A stretch of DNA of 64,000 nt from positions 192,001 through 256,000 of the forward strand of contig CAVYBH010000013.1 of assembly GCA_963766715.1 (NCBI GenBank). The letters are read 5' to 3'. The position numbers and the translations under genes were made by a program. A model generated the notes under the pieces. The model was not told the DNA's origin. It searched no databases and worked only from the letters and a program-made list of their open reading frames with translations. The first letter of the stretch is position 1. Each line of letters begins with the position of its first letter. Of this stretch, positions 22,849 to 32,204 are shown in pieces. The stretch is from an uncultured delta proteobacterium (GTDB taxonomy: Bacteria; Myxococcota; Myxococcia; Myxococcales; Anaeromyxobacteraceae).

Positions 22849-24407
22849 CTAGGCTTTCACGCTGGCGAGGAGGCCTTCCAGGCCCGCCTGGTCGCCGCGC
22901 CCGAGCATCGCCTCGGCCAGCAGGCTGTCCCGGTCGCGACCGATGCTCGCCACGGCCGAGATCCTCCCGCCGGACCAGTAGGCCACCAGGCAACTCCTGC
23001 CTGGCACGCTCCCCGCCACCTCCAGGCGCTCCCACGTCTCGGCGTGACCCACGTAACCGATGGTGACGTCGTAGTGCTGGCTCCAGAAGAACGGAACGGC
23101 GCGAAAGGGCTCGTGCGCGCCCAGGATGTTCCGCGCCGCCGTCTGCCCTTGCTTCTCGGCCACCACCCAGTGCTCCACGCGGATCGGCCTGCCGCCGTGC
23201 TCGTCTGGCCAGCGTGCGATGTCCCCCGCGGCGTAGATGCCCGGGGCGCTGGTCTCGAGGAACCGATCCACGACGACACCGCGATCCAGGCGGAGCCCCG
23301 CCTGTTCTGCGAGCGTCACCGCCGGACGGACCCCGACTCCGACCACCACCAGATCCGCCGGGAGGGACGTCTGGTCGTCGAGGGCCGCGGAGCCCTCGCC
23401 GATCGCCGTGATCGTGTGCCCGAGGTGGAACACGACGCCGTGCTGCTCGTGCAGCGCCCGGACCAGGTCTCCCAGCTCCGGGCCCATGATCCGCTCGAGC
23501 GGGCGGACCTCCGGCGCCACGACGTGCACCTCGAGCCCTCGCGTGCGCAGCGCGGCCGCGACCTCGAGCCCGATGAAGCTCGCCCCCACGACCAGCGCGC
23601 GCCGGGCGGTCCTCGCGCGGGCGATGATCGCCCGGCTGTCGGCGATCGAGCGCAGGTAGTGGACGAACGGCCGCTCCGCTCCGGGGATGGTCAACCTCAC
23701 CGGGTCGGCGCCGGTGGCGAGCAGCAGCGCGCCATAGCCTCGGCTGGAGCCGTCGGAGAGCCGGATCCGCCGCGCCACGGGGTCGATGCCCACGACCCGG
23801 GTTCCCAGCAGGAGGTCGATCCGGTGGGAGGCGTAGAACGCCGCGCGGCCGGAGCGGGAGCCAGTCCTCGGAGGCCGTTCCGGCGAGATAGTCCTTCGAG
23901 AGGTTGGGCCGGTCCGTGGGGACGTCGGGCTCCGCGCCGATCAGGGTCACCGGTCCGGGATACCCCTCGCGCCGCAGGGTCTCCGCGGCCGCGTTTCCCG
24001 CCGCGCCCGCCCCGACGATGACGACGCTCTCCACCGCGCCGCGAGAGATCCTCGGAGGGGCCGCCTCGAGCGGTTGCCCCACGAAGATCCGGGAGCCGCG
24101 AATCTCCACCGACCAGCGGCGAAGGGGTTCGAGAGCGGGGGGACCGACCGCCTCTCCCGTGCGCACGTCGAAGCAGGCGTGGTGCCAGGGGCACTTCACC
24201 TGTCCGTCGGCGACGATCCCTTCGGCCAGCGGTCCCCCGTAGTGCGTGCAGGTGGCCGCGACCGCGAACACCTCGTCGCCGCGACGGACGAGCAGGACCG
24301 CCTCGCCGCCGAGCCACACCCAGGAGCATCCCTCCCACGGCGACGTCGGAGAGCTCGACACCCTTGGTGAAGTCTGGCCCCGCGGGCGGCAGACCGGGCT
24401 GGCCCAT
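22849..24407 (-). CDS. Rieske [2Fe-2S] plus FAD-dependent oxidoreductase fusion (frameshifts near 24320 and 23840)
   Basis: CTHYGGPL/CPWHHACF, GAGAAG, DRPNLSKDYL, GASFIGLE, AAGDIARW, RVEHW and VPFFWSQHY. Confidence 0.92.
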
Positions 24408-24575
24408 GGGCCTCCCCTAGCCGCCGCCGCGACTCCGCGCAACGTGCTCGCGGGCCCTCTCCCCGGCGACCGGAAACCTGGCCAGGGACCCCGTCAGGGG
24501 TCCGAATTGCGTGCGGCGAGCGCCCGGCGAACGCCTCGCCCTGGGTTTATGCATCTGGGCCTGACCGAGCCGTCC

Positions 24576-25484
24576 ATGACTTCCGTTCGCCAGCCCGTGG
24601 ATGCCTCTGCTGCCGGGCTGATGGTCCTGCTCTGCGCGCTATGGGGGCTGCAGCAGGTGCTCATCAAGGTGGCGGCGCCGGACGTCGCTCCCGTCATGCA
24701 GGTGGCGCTTCGCTCGGGAATCTCCGCCGCGCTGGTCGCCGCCTGGACCCGTTGGCGCGGGCAGTCGCTCGACCTCCTGGGCCCTGCCCTCCGGCCCGGC
24801 CTCCTCGCCGGAGCGCTGTTCACCGCCGAGTTCCTCTTCGTGGCGGAAGGACTGCGCCACACCACCGCCTCGCACATGGCGGTCTTCCTCTACACCTCGC
24901 CCGTCTTCACCGCGCTCGGCCTGCACTTCACGATCCGCGACGAGCGCCTCTCCCGGCTCCAGTGGGCCGGCATCCTCGCCGCCTTCGCGGGCATCGCGCT
25001 GGCATTCGGAGGGGGCATCCTCTCCGGCGGCCTCGCCCCGGGCACCCTGCTCGGCGATCTCCTCGGCGTGGCGGCTGGCGCCGCCTGGGGCGCCACCACC
25101 GTGGTGGTGCGCCGCTCCGCGCTCTCCGAGGCGCCTCCGGCCCAGACGCTCCAGTACCAGCTCGTCGTCGGCTTCGTGCTGCTGCTCGCGGCGGCCGCCG
25201 TGACGGGCCAAGCCGGTCGGGTGGTGTTCACGCCCGTTGCGTGGGGGAGCGTCCTCTTCCAGGGCGTGGTCATCTCCTTCGCCTCCTACCTCGCCTGGTT
25301 CTGGCTCCTGCGCCGCTACCTCGCCTCGCGCATCGCGGTCTTCTCCTTCATGACGCCGCTCTTCGGCGTCACCTTCGGCGTGGTGCTTCTCGGGGAACCG
25401 CTCACGCTGTCCTTCGGCGGGGGGGCGCTCCTCGTCCTGGGAGGCATCACGGCGGTGAGCCTCGCGGGGAAGCGGCGCGGGTGA
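24576..25484 (+). CDS. DMT/EamA family transporter
   Basis: About 10 TM segments in two repeats; LWGLQQV, FLYTSP, DERL and FSFMTPLFGV...LLGEP. Confidence 0.9.
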   Translation: MTSVRQPVDASAAGLMVLLCALWGLQQVLIKVAAPDVAPVMQVALRSGISAALVAAWTRWRGQSLDLLGPALRPGLLAGALFTAEFLFVAEGLRHTTASHMAVFLYTSPVFTALGLHFTIRDERLSRLQWAGILAAFAGIALAFGGGILSGGLAPGTLLGDLLGVAAGAAWGATTVVVRRSALSEAPPAQTLQYQLVVGFVLLLAAAAVTGQAGRVVFTPVAWGSVLFQGVVISFASYLAWFWLLRRYLASRIAVFSFMTPLFGVTFGVVLLGEPLTLSFGGGALLVLGGITAVSLAGKRRG

Positions 25485-25580
25485 GCATTCCTCCAGACCC
25501 TCATGTCCAGCCTGGCTAGGGGTTTCCCCTGATTGCCTCGCGACGATCTGCGCCTTACGCCAAGGTCCTGGAGACGCGCC

Positions 25581-25757
25581 ATGACCTACCAAGTCGTCGT
25601 TGCGAACGAGTGGCGGAACATGATCGTCCAGGTCGAGGCGGACGATCCACGAACGGCTCACGAGATCGCCGAGTGGATCGTGGAGAACCGGAGGCAGGGC
25701 CATCTGCACGAGATCCCCCAGGACGAGGAGATCGACCTGGACGAGGGCTCGCGCTGA
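25581..25757 (+). CDS. small acidic hypothetical protein (58 aa)
   Basis: GGAG RBS plus ATG; coding-like codon usage; MTYQVVVANEWRNMIVQVEADD. Confidence 0.55.
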   Translation: MTYQVVVANEWRNMIVQVEADDPRTAHEIAEWIVENRRQGHLHEIPQDEEIDLDEGSR

Positions 25758-25815
25758 CGGCTGCTGCACCGGAGGGCTGGGGCCACTCCGGGTCGGCAGG
25801 GCCGGGACACCCGCG

Positions 25816-26175
25816 TCAGCGTCCGCCCGATGGCCCGGGCTCACCCTCGAGACGGACGAGGCCCTGGGCGAGACCTGGGGAAACGGACTCGAAGGACACC
25901 CCCAGCGAGCCCAGCAAGTTCATGCGGGAGTCGCCGGGCCGTGCCCACGCCACGCGGCCGACGAAGGATTCGTCGCGCCCGTCGAGATGGACGGTCCCCT
26001 CGATGCGCGTGTCGACGGGGAGCACACGCATCAACGCGATGCAGAAGCCACCCGTGCTCACGTTGGCCGTGAACCAGATGCCCCGGGGCGTCAGCACGCG
26101 CAAACGCACCCGGCGCCGAGAGGTTCGGGGGGTGACGTGGCGGCGGTTCGCAGTGTCAGTCGGTCCGATTGCCAC
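25816..26175 (-). CDS. stand-alone PilZ domain protein
   Basis: RTSRR (RxxxR), NVSTGG (D/NxSxxG), GRVAW and GVSF. Confidence 0.75.
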   Translation of the reverse strand: MAIGPTDTANRRHVTPRTSRRRVRLRVLTPRGIWFTANVSTGGFCIALMRVLPVDTRIEGTVHLDGRDESFVGRVAWARPGDSRMNLLGSLGVSFESVSPGLAQGLVRLEGEPGPSGGR

Positions 26176-26334
26176 GATGAGGGTCCCTGCCTGCTCGTAC
26201 CGGTGCCGGTACCTGGCGCGATGGAACGTGAAGCCTTGCCTGCGATCCGACGACCGTCCACCGGCCTTCCGGGGTGGCCTGACTGGCCAGTCGAAACGGC
26301 CAGGGCCCGTCGTGGGATGATTCCGTCGGCGCGG

Positions 26335-26570
26335 TCAACCCGGCTTCGGCGGTCGGCCTGCCGTCCCCTCCTCCCGGTCGGAGCTCCGCTCGAGCTCCTC
26401 CAGGACCTCGCGCACGTCGGTCCCATGCGACATGGCCTCGGCCTCCGCGTCGGGCCAATCGCGCACGGAGGGGATGTCCCGCCTCAGCTCCTCGAGAAGG
26501 GAGACGAGCTTCCCAATCTTCTCCTCGGCGAGCAGGTTGATGTGCAGCTCGAATGCGCCGTTCCCGCCAG
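26335..26570 (-). pseudogene. C-terminal remnant of a DUF1003-like protein
   Basis: Reads ELHINLLAEEKIGKLVSLLEELRRDIPSVRDWPDAEAEAMSHGTD...; no start codon or TM N-terminal half is visible upstream. Confidence 0.55.
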
Positions 26571-26796
26571 CAGCGCCCGCGTGGCGCCAGATTCAGGGAA
26601 GGTCCTGCGAGACGGCCGCGTCCTGCACTCGCCCGCGAACGTCGGCGGACGTCCAGGCGCGCCTCGGGCCCTGGAGAAGTGGACTTCGGCGCACGCCCGT
26701 TTACGCCCCGAGATTTCCCCGACGACCCAGCGGCCACTTGGACAAGCCATGAACACCTTGATGGGTGCAGGGGCGGGCGCGGGGACGAAAGATGCA

Positions 26797-27178
26797 TGCT
26801 TCATTCCAGCCTGAAGGGCATCGTCCGAGCAGGGCCACGGTTCGCGAATCCTGGTCGTCGAGGACGAACGGGACATCCGGGAGTTGCTCGTGGAATTGCT
26901 CAGGGACGAGGGCTACGTGGTCTCGTTCGCCTGCGACGGGCAGGACGCGCTCCGGCAGGTTCTCCTGCGGTGGCCCGACCTCATCCTTCTCGACCTGATG
27001 ATGCCGATCATGAGTGGCTGGCAGTTCCTGGACGTGCTGTCAGCAGCACGAGCTGCTGGACCGGATCCGCGTGATCGTCATCTCGGCCTTCGACTGCGAC
27101 ACCGAAGTGGCAGCCGTCATCCCCAAGCCGTTCGAGGTGGAGGAGGTCCTCGAGTCGGTCCACCGGCTGGCCTCTTGA
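26797..27178 (+). CDS. single-domain response regulator (CheY-like; frameshifted; start approximate)
   Basis: ILVVEDE, PDLILLDLMMP, VIVISA and IPKPFE across frames. Confidence 0.8.
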
Positions 27179-27208
27179 ATCACCGTCGTGCTGCATCGGA
27201 GGGTCCCC

Positions 27209-28475
27209 ATGTCCAGGGATTCCGGTAGGACGCCCGCGCGAAGCTGCGCGCCGAGGCCAGCGACAGGCTGCGCCGGCCCGAGAAGGATGCGTCCTCGCCG
27301 TCCCCCGACCTCCTGCACGAGCTTCAGGTCCACCGAGATCGAGCTGGAGATGCAGAACGAGGAGTTGCAGCGGGCCCAGGTCGCCATCGAGGAGGCGCGC
27401 GACCGGCTCGCCGACCTCTACCACCTGGCTCCCGTCGGATACTTCACCCTCTCCGACGCCGGCCAGATCCTCGACGCGAACATGACGGGCGCGGGGCTCC
27501 TGGGCGTGGAGCGAAAGGCCCTCGTGGGCCGGCCGTTCGCGGCCTTCGTCGCTCCCGTGGACGGGCGACCGCTGGCATCTCTTCCTCTCGACGCTCGTGC
27601 GGCGCGGCGAGTGGCTCTCCTTCCGGCTCGCGATGCGGCGAAGGGACGGATCGGTGTTGCACGCCCACCTCGCGTGCGACAGCCGGCCAGGGGTCAGCGG
27701 GAACCTCCATCCGTGTCGTCGTCACCGACATCTCCGAGCAGGTGCAGACCGAGAGGAAGTACCAGACCTACGTGGACGCGGCTCCCCATGCGCTGCTCGT
27801 CGTGGACGCTCGAGGGCGATACGTGGACTGCAATCCGGCGGGGCTGGAGCTGCTGGGCGTCGACGCGACGACCTTGAAGACGCTCTCGATCGCGGACTTC
27901 CTGGACGAGTCGAATCGCAAGGAGGCGCTGCACGAGTTCACGGTGCTCCTCGCGACCGGGAAGATCGAGAACGACTACCTCATCGTCCGGCCGGACGGCC
28001 GCAAGGTCTGGGTCGCGCTTCGTGCGGTCAAGCTGGCCGATGACCGGTACCTGGCGTTCTGCCTGGACGTCACGGTGCGCAAGAAGGCCGAGGAGGCGCT
28101 CCGGGATTGCGAGAAGCGCTTTCGCGCCCTGGGGAACGGGGCGCCCGTGGGGACCTTCCAGACCGGCCCGGGCGGCGAAGCGGTCTCGGTGAACGCGGAA
28201 TGGAAGAGGATGACCGGACTCGGCGAGGCGGAGCCGGTTGGCTCCGAAGCCTGGAAGGAAATCCTCCACCCGGCGGACCGGGAGCGGGTCTCCCGCGAGT
28301 GGAAGGACGCGCTGGACCGGGGACGCCCCTTCGCGGCGGAGTTCCGCATCCAGCCCAGGGGCGGCAAGGTGACCTGGGTCTTTGGGGGTTGGAACCACCC
28401 TGCGCGATCCCGCTGGCGGGCCGATCGGGCTACGTCACCTCGCTCGTCGAGATCTCCGAGCGACGGGTCCGATAG
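27209..28475 (+). CDS. multi-PAS sensor protein without output domain (frameshifted)
   Basis: EIELEMQNEEL coil, LYHLAPVGYFTL, three PAS/PAC units (DVTVRK, HPADRERV); ends at VEISERRVR*. Confidence 0.75.
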
Positions 28476-28753
28476 GGAGCCGAGGCACGCCCCATCTGGG
28501 ACCATGCCAGGGTCGAGAATCACGATACGTGAATACTCGACAAATCCCTGTACAAGATTTATTTCTTTGTTATTCTAGGCACTTAGACAGAAACGGCCTC
28601 GAGCGACGCCTCGACGCAGCAGCGCCTGCTCGTACCCGTTTGTCCCCGCCGCACGGTACTGGGAGGCACCCGGGCAAGGGACAAGAGTTGGTTCGCTGCG
28701 GCGAATTGTCGCAGTCCCGTCCGGGGTCGGTCCGGGCGGAAGGGAGGATCGCC

Positions 28754-29718
28754 GTGAACGCTTCTGCCGAGCGGGGCCAGGCCATTCGAGCAGTACCTGG
28801 CCGAGGTCCGGAGGATCCCGTTGCTGTCCCGGGAAGAGGAGCGGGAGCTCGCCCGGACCTATCGCCGGACCGGCGACCGGCGGGCCGCCCAGCGGCTCGT
28901 GACGTCCAACCTGCGATTCGTCGTGCGCATCGCACGCGAGCACTGCTCCGACCCGCGGCGGCTGGCGGACCTCGTCCAGGAGGGGAACCTGGGCCTCATG
29001 CAGGCGGTGGAGCGCTTCGACCCCGACAAGGACGTCCGGCTCGTCTCCTACGCCACCACCTGGATCCGGTCCCGGATCCTGAACCACATCCTGCACACCT
29101 GGTCGCTCGTCAAGCTGGGCACGACCACCGCACAGCGTCGCCTCTTCTTCTCGCTGACCCGGAAGGAGAAGGAGATCTCGAGGCAGCTCGACCCCTCCGA
29201 CGACGAGGCCGCGACGAAGATCGTTCCCATGCTGGCGCGCTGCTTCGGCGTGGAGCCACGCGTCATCGACGAGATGCGCCGGCGCCTCGACCGGCGGGAC
29301 GTATCCCTCGACGCATCGACCCCCGGCAACGAGGAGTCCGGGATCTCCAACTTGCCGTCCGGCGACGCCGGCCAGGACGAGGTTCTCGCCATGGCCGAGG
29401 AGAGCGCCATCGACTGCCGCCGGGTGCGCGCCGCCCTCGGTTGCCTCGACGAGCGGGAGCGCCTGGTCATCGACCTCCGGATCATGAGCCGAGCCCCCGC
29501 TCACGCTCCAGGCCGTCGGCGAGAAGCTCGGCTGTGGGCGCGAGCGCGCGCGGCAGCTGGAGGCGCGCGCGACGAAGAAGCTGCGGGACTGCCTGGACGG
29601 TCGCGTCCAGGACCGGGACTGCCCCGGCTCCCGCCTCGTGGTCCTGGGAGGCCGACGCCACCGCGCGTCCCGTGGCCGGGAACGACGGAGCGCCGCTCAG
29701 TTCGCCACGAAGCAGTAG
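28754..29718 (+). CDS. RNA polymerase sigma factor, RpoH/sigma32-like (frameshifts near 28785 and 29495; end approximate)
   Basis: YLAEVRRIPLLSREEE, SNLRFVV, DLVQEGNLGLM, RpoH box TTTAQRRLFFSL, DVSLD and region 4 TLQAVGEKLGCGRERARQLE. Confidence 0.88.
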
Positions 29719-30368
29719 AAGAGGCCGGCCCCTCCGGTGCCCTTCAGCGCCTCCTGGCCGCACCCGCGGGAGCCGTGGGACGAGTTCCAGGACTTCATGT
29801 GCCAGGAGTCCTTCAGGCCGATGCGGTCGTGGTGGCCGACGATGGCCGAGCCCTCCCCGCTGCTGGTCCAGTTGGCGCACGTCGTGTCCCCGCCGGCCGT
29901 CGAGTACAGGCCGCTCGGATCCGAGCCGGTCAGCATGTCGTGCATGTTGACGGGGTCGCCCCGGCCGCTCACCGCCTCGCCCTTCTCCGTGAGCGCCGTC
30001 TGCTTGGTGATGTTCACGCTCGCCGAGTGCAGGTCGTCCACGCTCCTGGCCACGACCTCGCCCTTCGCATTCTTCCAGGGCCCCTTCCCTACCCGGTCCC
30101 GCGCGTTCACCCCGGCGGCCCCGCCCGGCGCGGTCGTGCTCAGGTAGGCGCGCCAGCCGGCGTACTTCGACCCGACCGCCTTCGCCAGCGCGAGGCAATG
30201 GGCATCGGCCCCCTCGAGCCCGCCGAGGTCGGCGCCCTTTCCCTTGCCGACGCTGGTGACGAAGAAGGTCATGTCGACCTCCTCCGCCCGTGCGACCGCG
30301 CCCGTGCCGACCCCCGCCAGGAGCAGGAAGACGGCGATGCCCCAGCTCGATCCGTTCGAGATCCTCAT
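29697..30368 (-). CDS. secreted C-type-lectin/endostatin-like fold protein
   Basis: Signal peptide; FFVTS..GADLGGLEGADAHC, WRAYLS, HDMLTGS, CANWTS, SWNSSH..GC and LFYCF. Confidence 0.8.
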   Translation of the reverse strand: MRISNGSSWGIAVFLLLAGVGTGAVARAEEVDMTFFVTSVGKGKGADLGGLEGADAHCLALAKAVGSKYAGWRAYLSTTAPGGAAGVNARDRVGKGPWKNAKGEVVARSVDDLHSASVNITKQTALTEKGEAVSGRGDPVNMHDMLTGSDPSGLYSTAGGDTTCANWTSSGEGSAIVGHHDRIGLKDSWHMKSWNSSHGSRGCGQEALKGTGGAGLFYCFVAN

Positions 30369-30448
30369 GGAACCACCTCCTCCCGGGCATGACACCTGCC
30401 GCCCTTCGCGTGGGCCACCGGGGAAGTCGCCTCCGGACCGCGGGCCCG

Positions 30449-30941
30449 CTAGTCGCGCACGTGACACGCCTGGCAGAGCGGCTTCGGGCTGAGGGCGTAC
30501 CCGGCCGGCAGGATGGCGCGCGCCTCTTCGACGGTCATCACCCTCGGCGGCCGCGCGGGGTCGTAGGTCTCCGGCTTGCCGGGCACGACCGCCGGGGAAA
30601 CCTTCGACCCGGGAGGGATGACGAATCTTGTCGTTCCAGTGCGAGTTCGCGTCGTGGCAGGTGTGGCAGACGAGGCGTCCTGCGGGGAGGAAGAGGCCGC
30701 GCCGCACCACCTCCGAGAGCTCGCGCAGCTCGTGCCCGCCATCGCGGATGGCGAAGGCGTAGTCGACGTCCACGGGGTGGCTCCGCGAGAACGGGTGGCA
30801 GGACAGGCAGGTCGAGGTGGGCACCGACGTGTCGCGGAGGTGGTCCTCGTCCGCGCGGCTCACGCCCCAGCCCGCTCCGGCTCCCAGGGAGAGCAGGAGC
30901 GGCCCGAGCCAGGCAACGACCTGCGCGCGTTCCGAGCGCAT
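30449..30941 (-). CDS. periplasmic triheme c-type cytochrome (frameshift near 30625)
   Basis: Signal peptide; CLSCH, SHPV, CHTCH and CQACH. Confidence 0.8.
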
Positions 30942-31299
30942 GGCCCCTCCATCTGACCGGAACATAGGTCTCCTGCGGGCCCTGGACAGACCCCGGACGA
31001 GCCGAGGCCGGCCTCATGAGCGCTCCCTTAGCCACGGTGGCGCGCACCTGCTTGTCTTGGATGGCCGCCTGGCTAGACTGTACGTATGTTCAGTTCCGGC
31101 GACCCCGCCTCCGGTGTGTGGCTCCCCCGTCGTCGCGGCGGCCCCGCGAGGTTCGCCGCGCTCTGGCCCGAGCTCCGGGAGAACCTGCACCAGGTCCGTG
31201 TGGCGGAACGCCAGGCGATGTCCGAGGATGTGCTCCGCCTCGGACCCCGGCACGCCGAGCGCGTCCGTCCCTCGAGCCGCATGATTTCTGGAGACGACC

Positions 31300-31545
31300 A
31301 TGGCCACCGAAGCGGAGATGCTCGCCGAACTCGAGAAGCTCAAGGCGGAGAACGCAGCCCTCAAGTCGCGCAGCGGCCGGCCCGTCTCCATGAAGGTGAG
31401 CGAGAAGGGGGGCCTCTCCGTGTACGGCCTGGGCCGGTTCCCGGTCACGCTCTACCAGGAGCAGTGGCTGAAGCTCCTCGACCTGGCGGACGAGATCCGA
31501 TCCTTCATCCAGGCGAACCAGGCGGTCCTCAAGAAGAAGGAGTGA
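31300..31545 (+). CDS. conserved-type small hypothetical protein (81 aa)
   Basis: GGAG RBS, strong GC3 bias; coiled-coil N-terminus plus KVSEKGGLSVYGLGRFPVTLYxEQW. Confidence 0.85.
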   Translation: MATEAEMLAELEKLKAENAALKSRSGRPVSMKVSEKGGLSVYGLGRFPVTLYQEQWLKLLDLADEIRSFIQANQAVLKKKE

Positions 31546-31573
31546 CCCCGGTTCCGCGAGGCCGCGGAGCCGT

Positions 31574-32191
31574 CTACATCGGAACCGCGAAGTACTCGCG
31601 AACCTCGACCTCGGCCGACTTGACGCGGGGGTCCTTCGCCAGCGCGGCTGCCGCGGACTGGATGTCGCGCCCGTCCGGAACCGTGAAGAAGGCGATGCCG
31701 AGCCTCTCGGCCACGAAGTCCAGCGTGAGCCCGCTCGCCTCGGCGAGCGCCGCCGCCTGGCCCATGCTGGTGAGCCGGACGATGAGCACGTTCGCCGCCA
31801 CGCCGAGCCGCCCGGTCCGCGTGTTCACGACCACCGGAAAGGTCTGGGACCTGTTCACCGCGGTCGCCATCGCCGAGACCTTCGCTCCGGCCGCGGCGGT
31901 TCCGGCCTTGTAGATGAGGAACGGTCCCCGCTCCTCCACGAGGTCGGAGGGAGCGATCCCCACCGCGGAGAGCCTCTCCTCCGGCGTGCCGCGCCCCCCG
32001 GTGGCGCGCAGGCCGCCCACCACCTGGTAGGTCTGGCCACCGCTCTTGAAGGGCGCGCCCTTCGGGGACGACTGGACCAGCGCCGCCCGGGCCTGGGGAG
32101 CGAGCCCCTGCAGGCCCGGCGCCTGGCTCCACGCCGCGGCGGGGAGCACGAGAAGCAGCGAAGCGATCATCTTCCAGGTGCGGGAACCCAT
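31574..32191 (-). CDS. secreted protein, probable external chaperone of the upstream S8 protease (ASP ORF2-like)
   Basis: Signal peptide; VVVNTRTGRLGV..LIVRL and a C-terminal VKSAEVEVRE propeptide-like module; starts 13 bp after the protease stop. Confidence 0.65.
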   Translation of the reverse strand: MGSRTWKMIASLLLVLPAAAWSQAPGLQGLAPQARAALVQSSPKGAPFKSGGQTYQVVGGLRATGGRGTPEERLSAVGIAPSDLVEERGPFLIYKAGTAAAGAKVSAMATAVNRSQTFPVVVNTRTGRLGVAANVLIVRLTSMGQAAALAEASGLTLDFVAERLGIAFFTVPDGRDIQSAAAALAKDPRVKSAEVEVREYFAVPM

Positions 32192-32204
32192 GGCTCTCCC
32201 CTTC

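Noticed and set aside
29697..30965. Apparent cytochrome-lectin fusion ORF
   Set aside because: The third heme motif and stop lie in a shifted frame, and the lectin has its own RBS and signal peptide.
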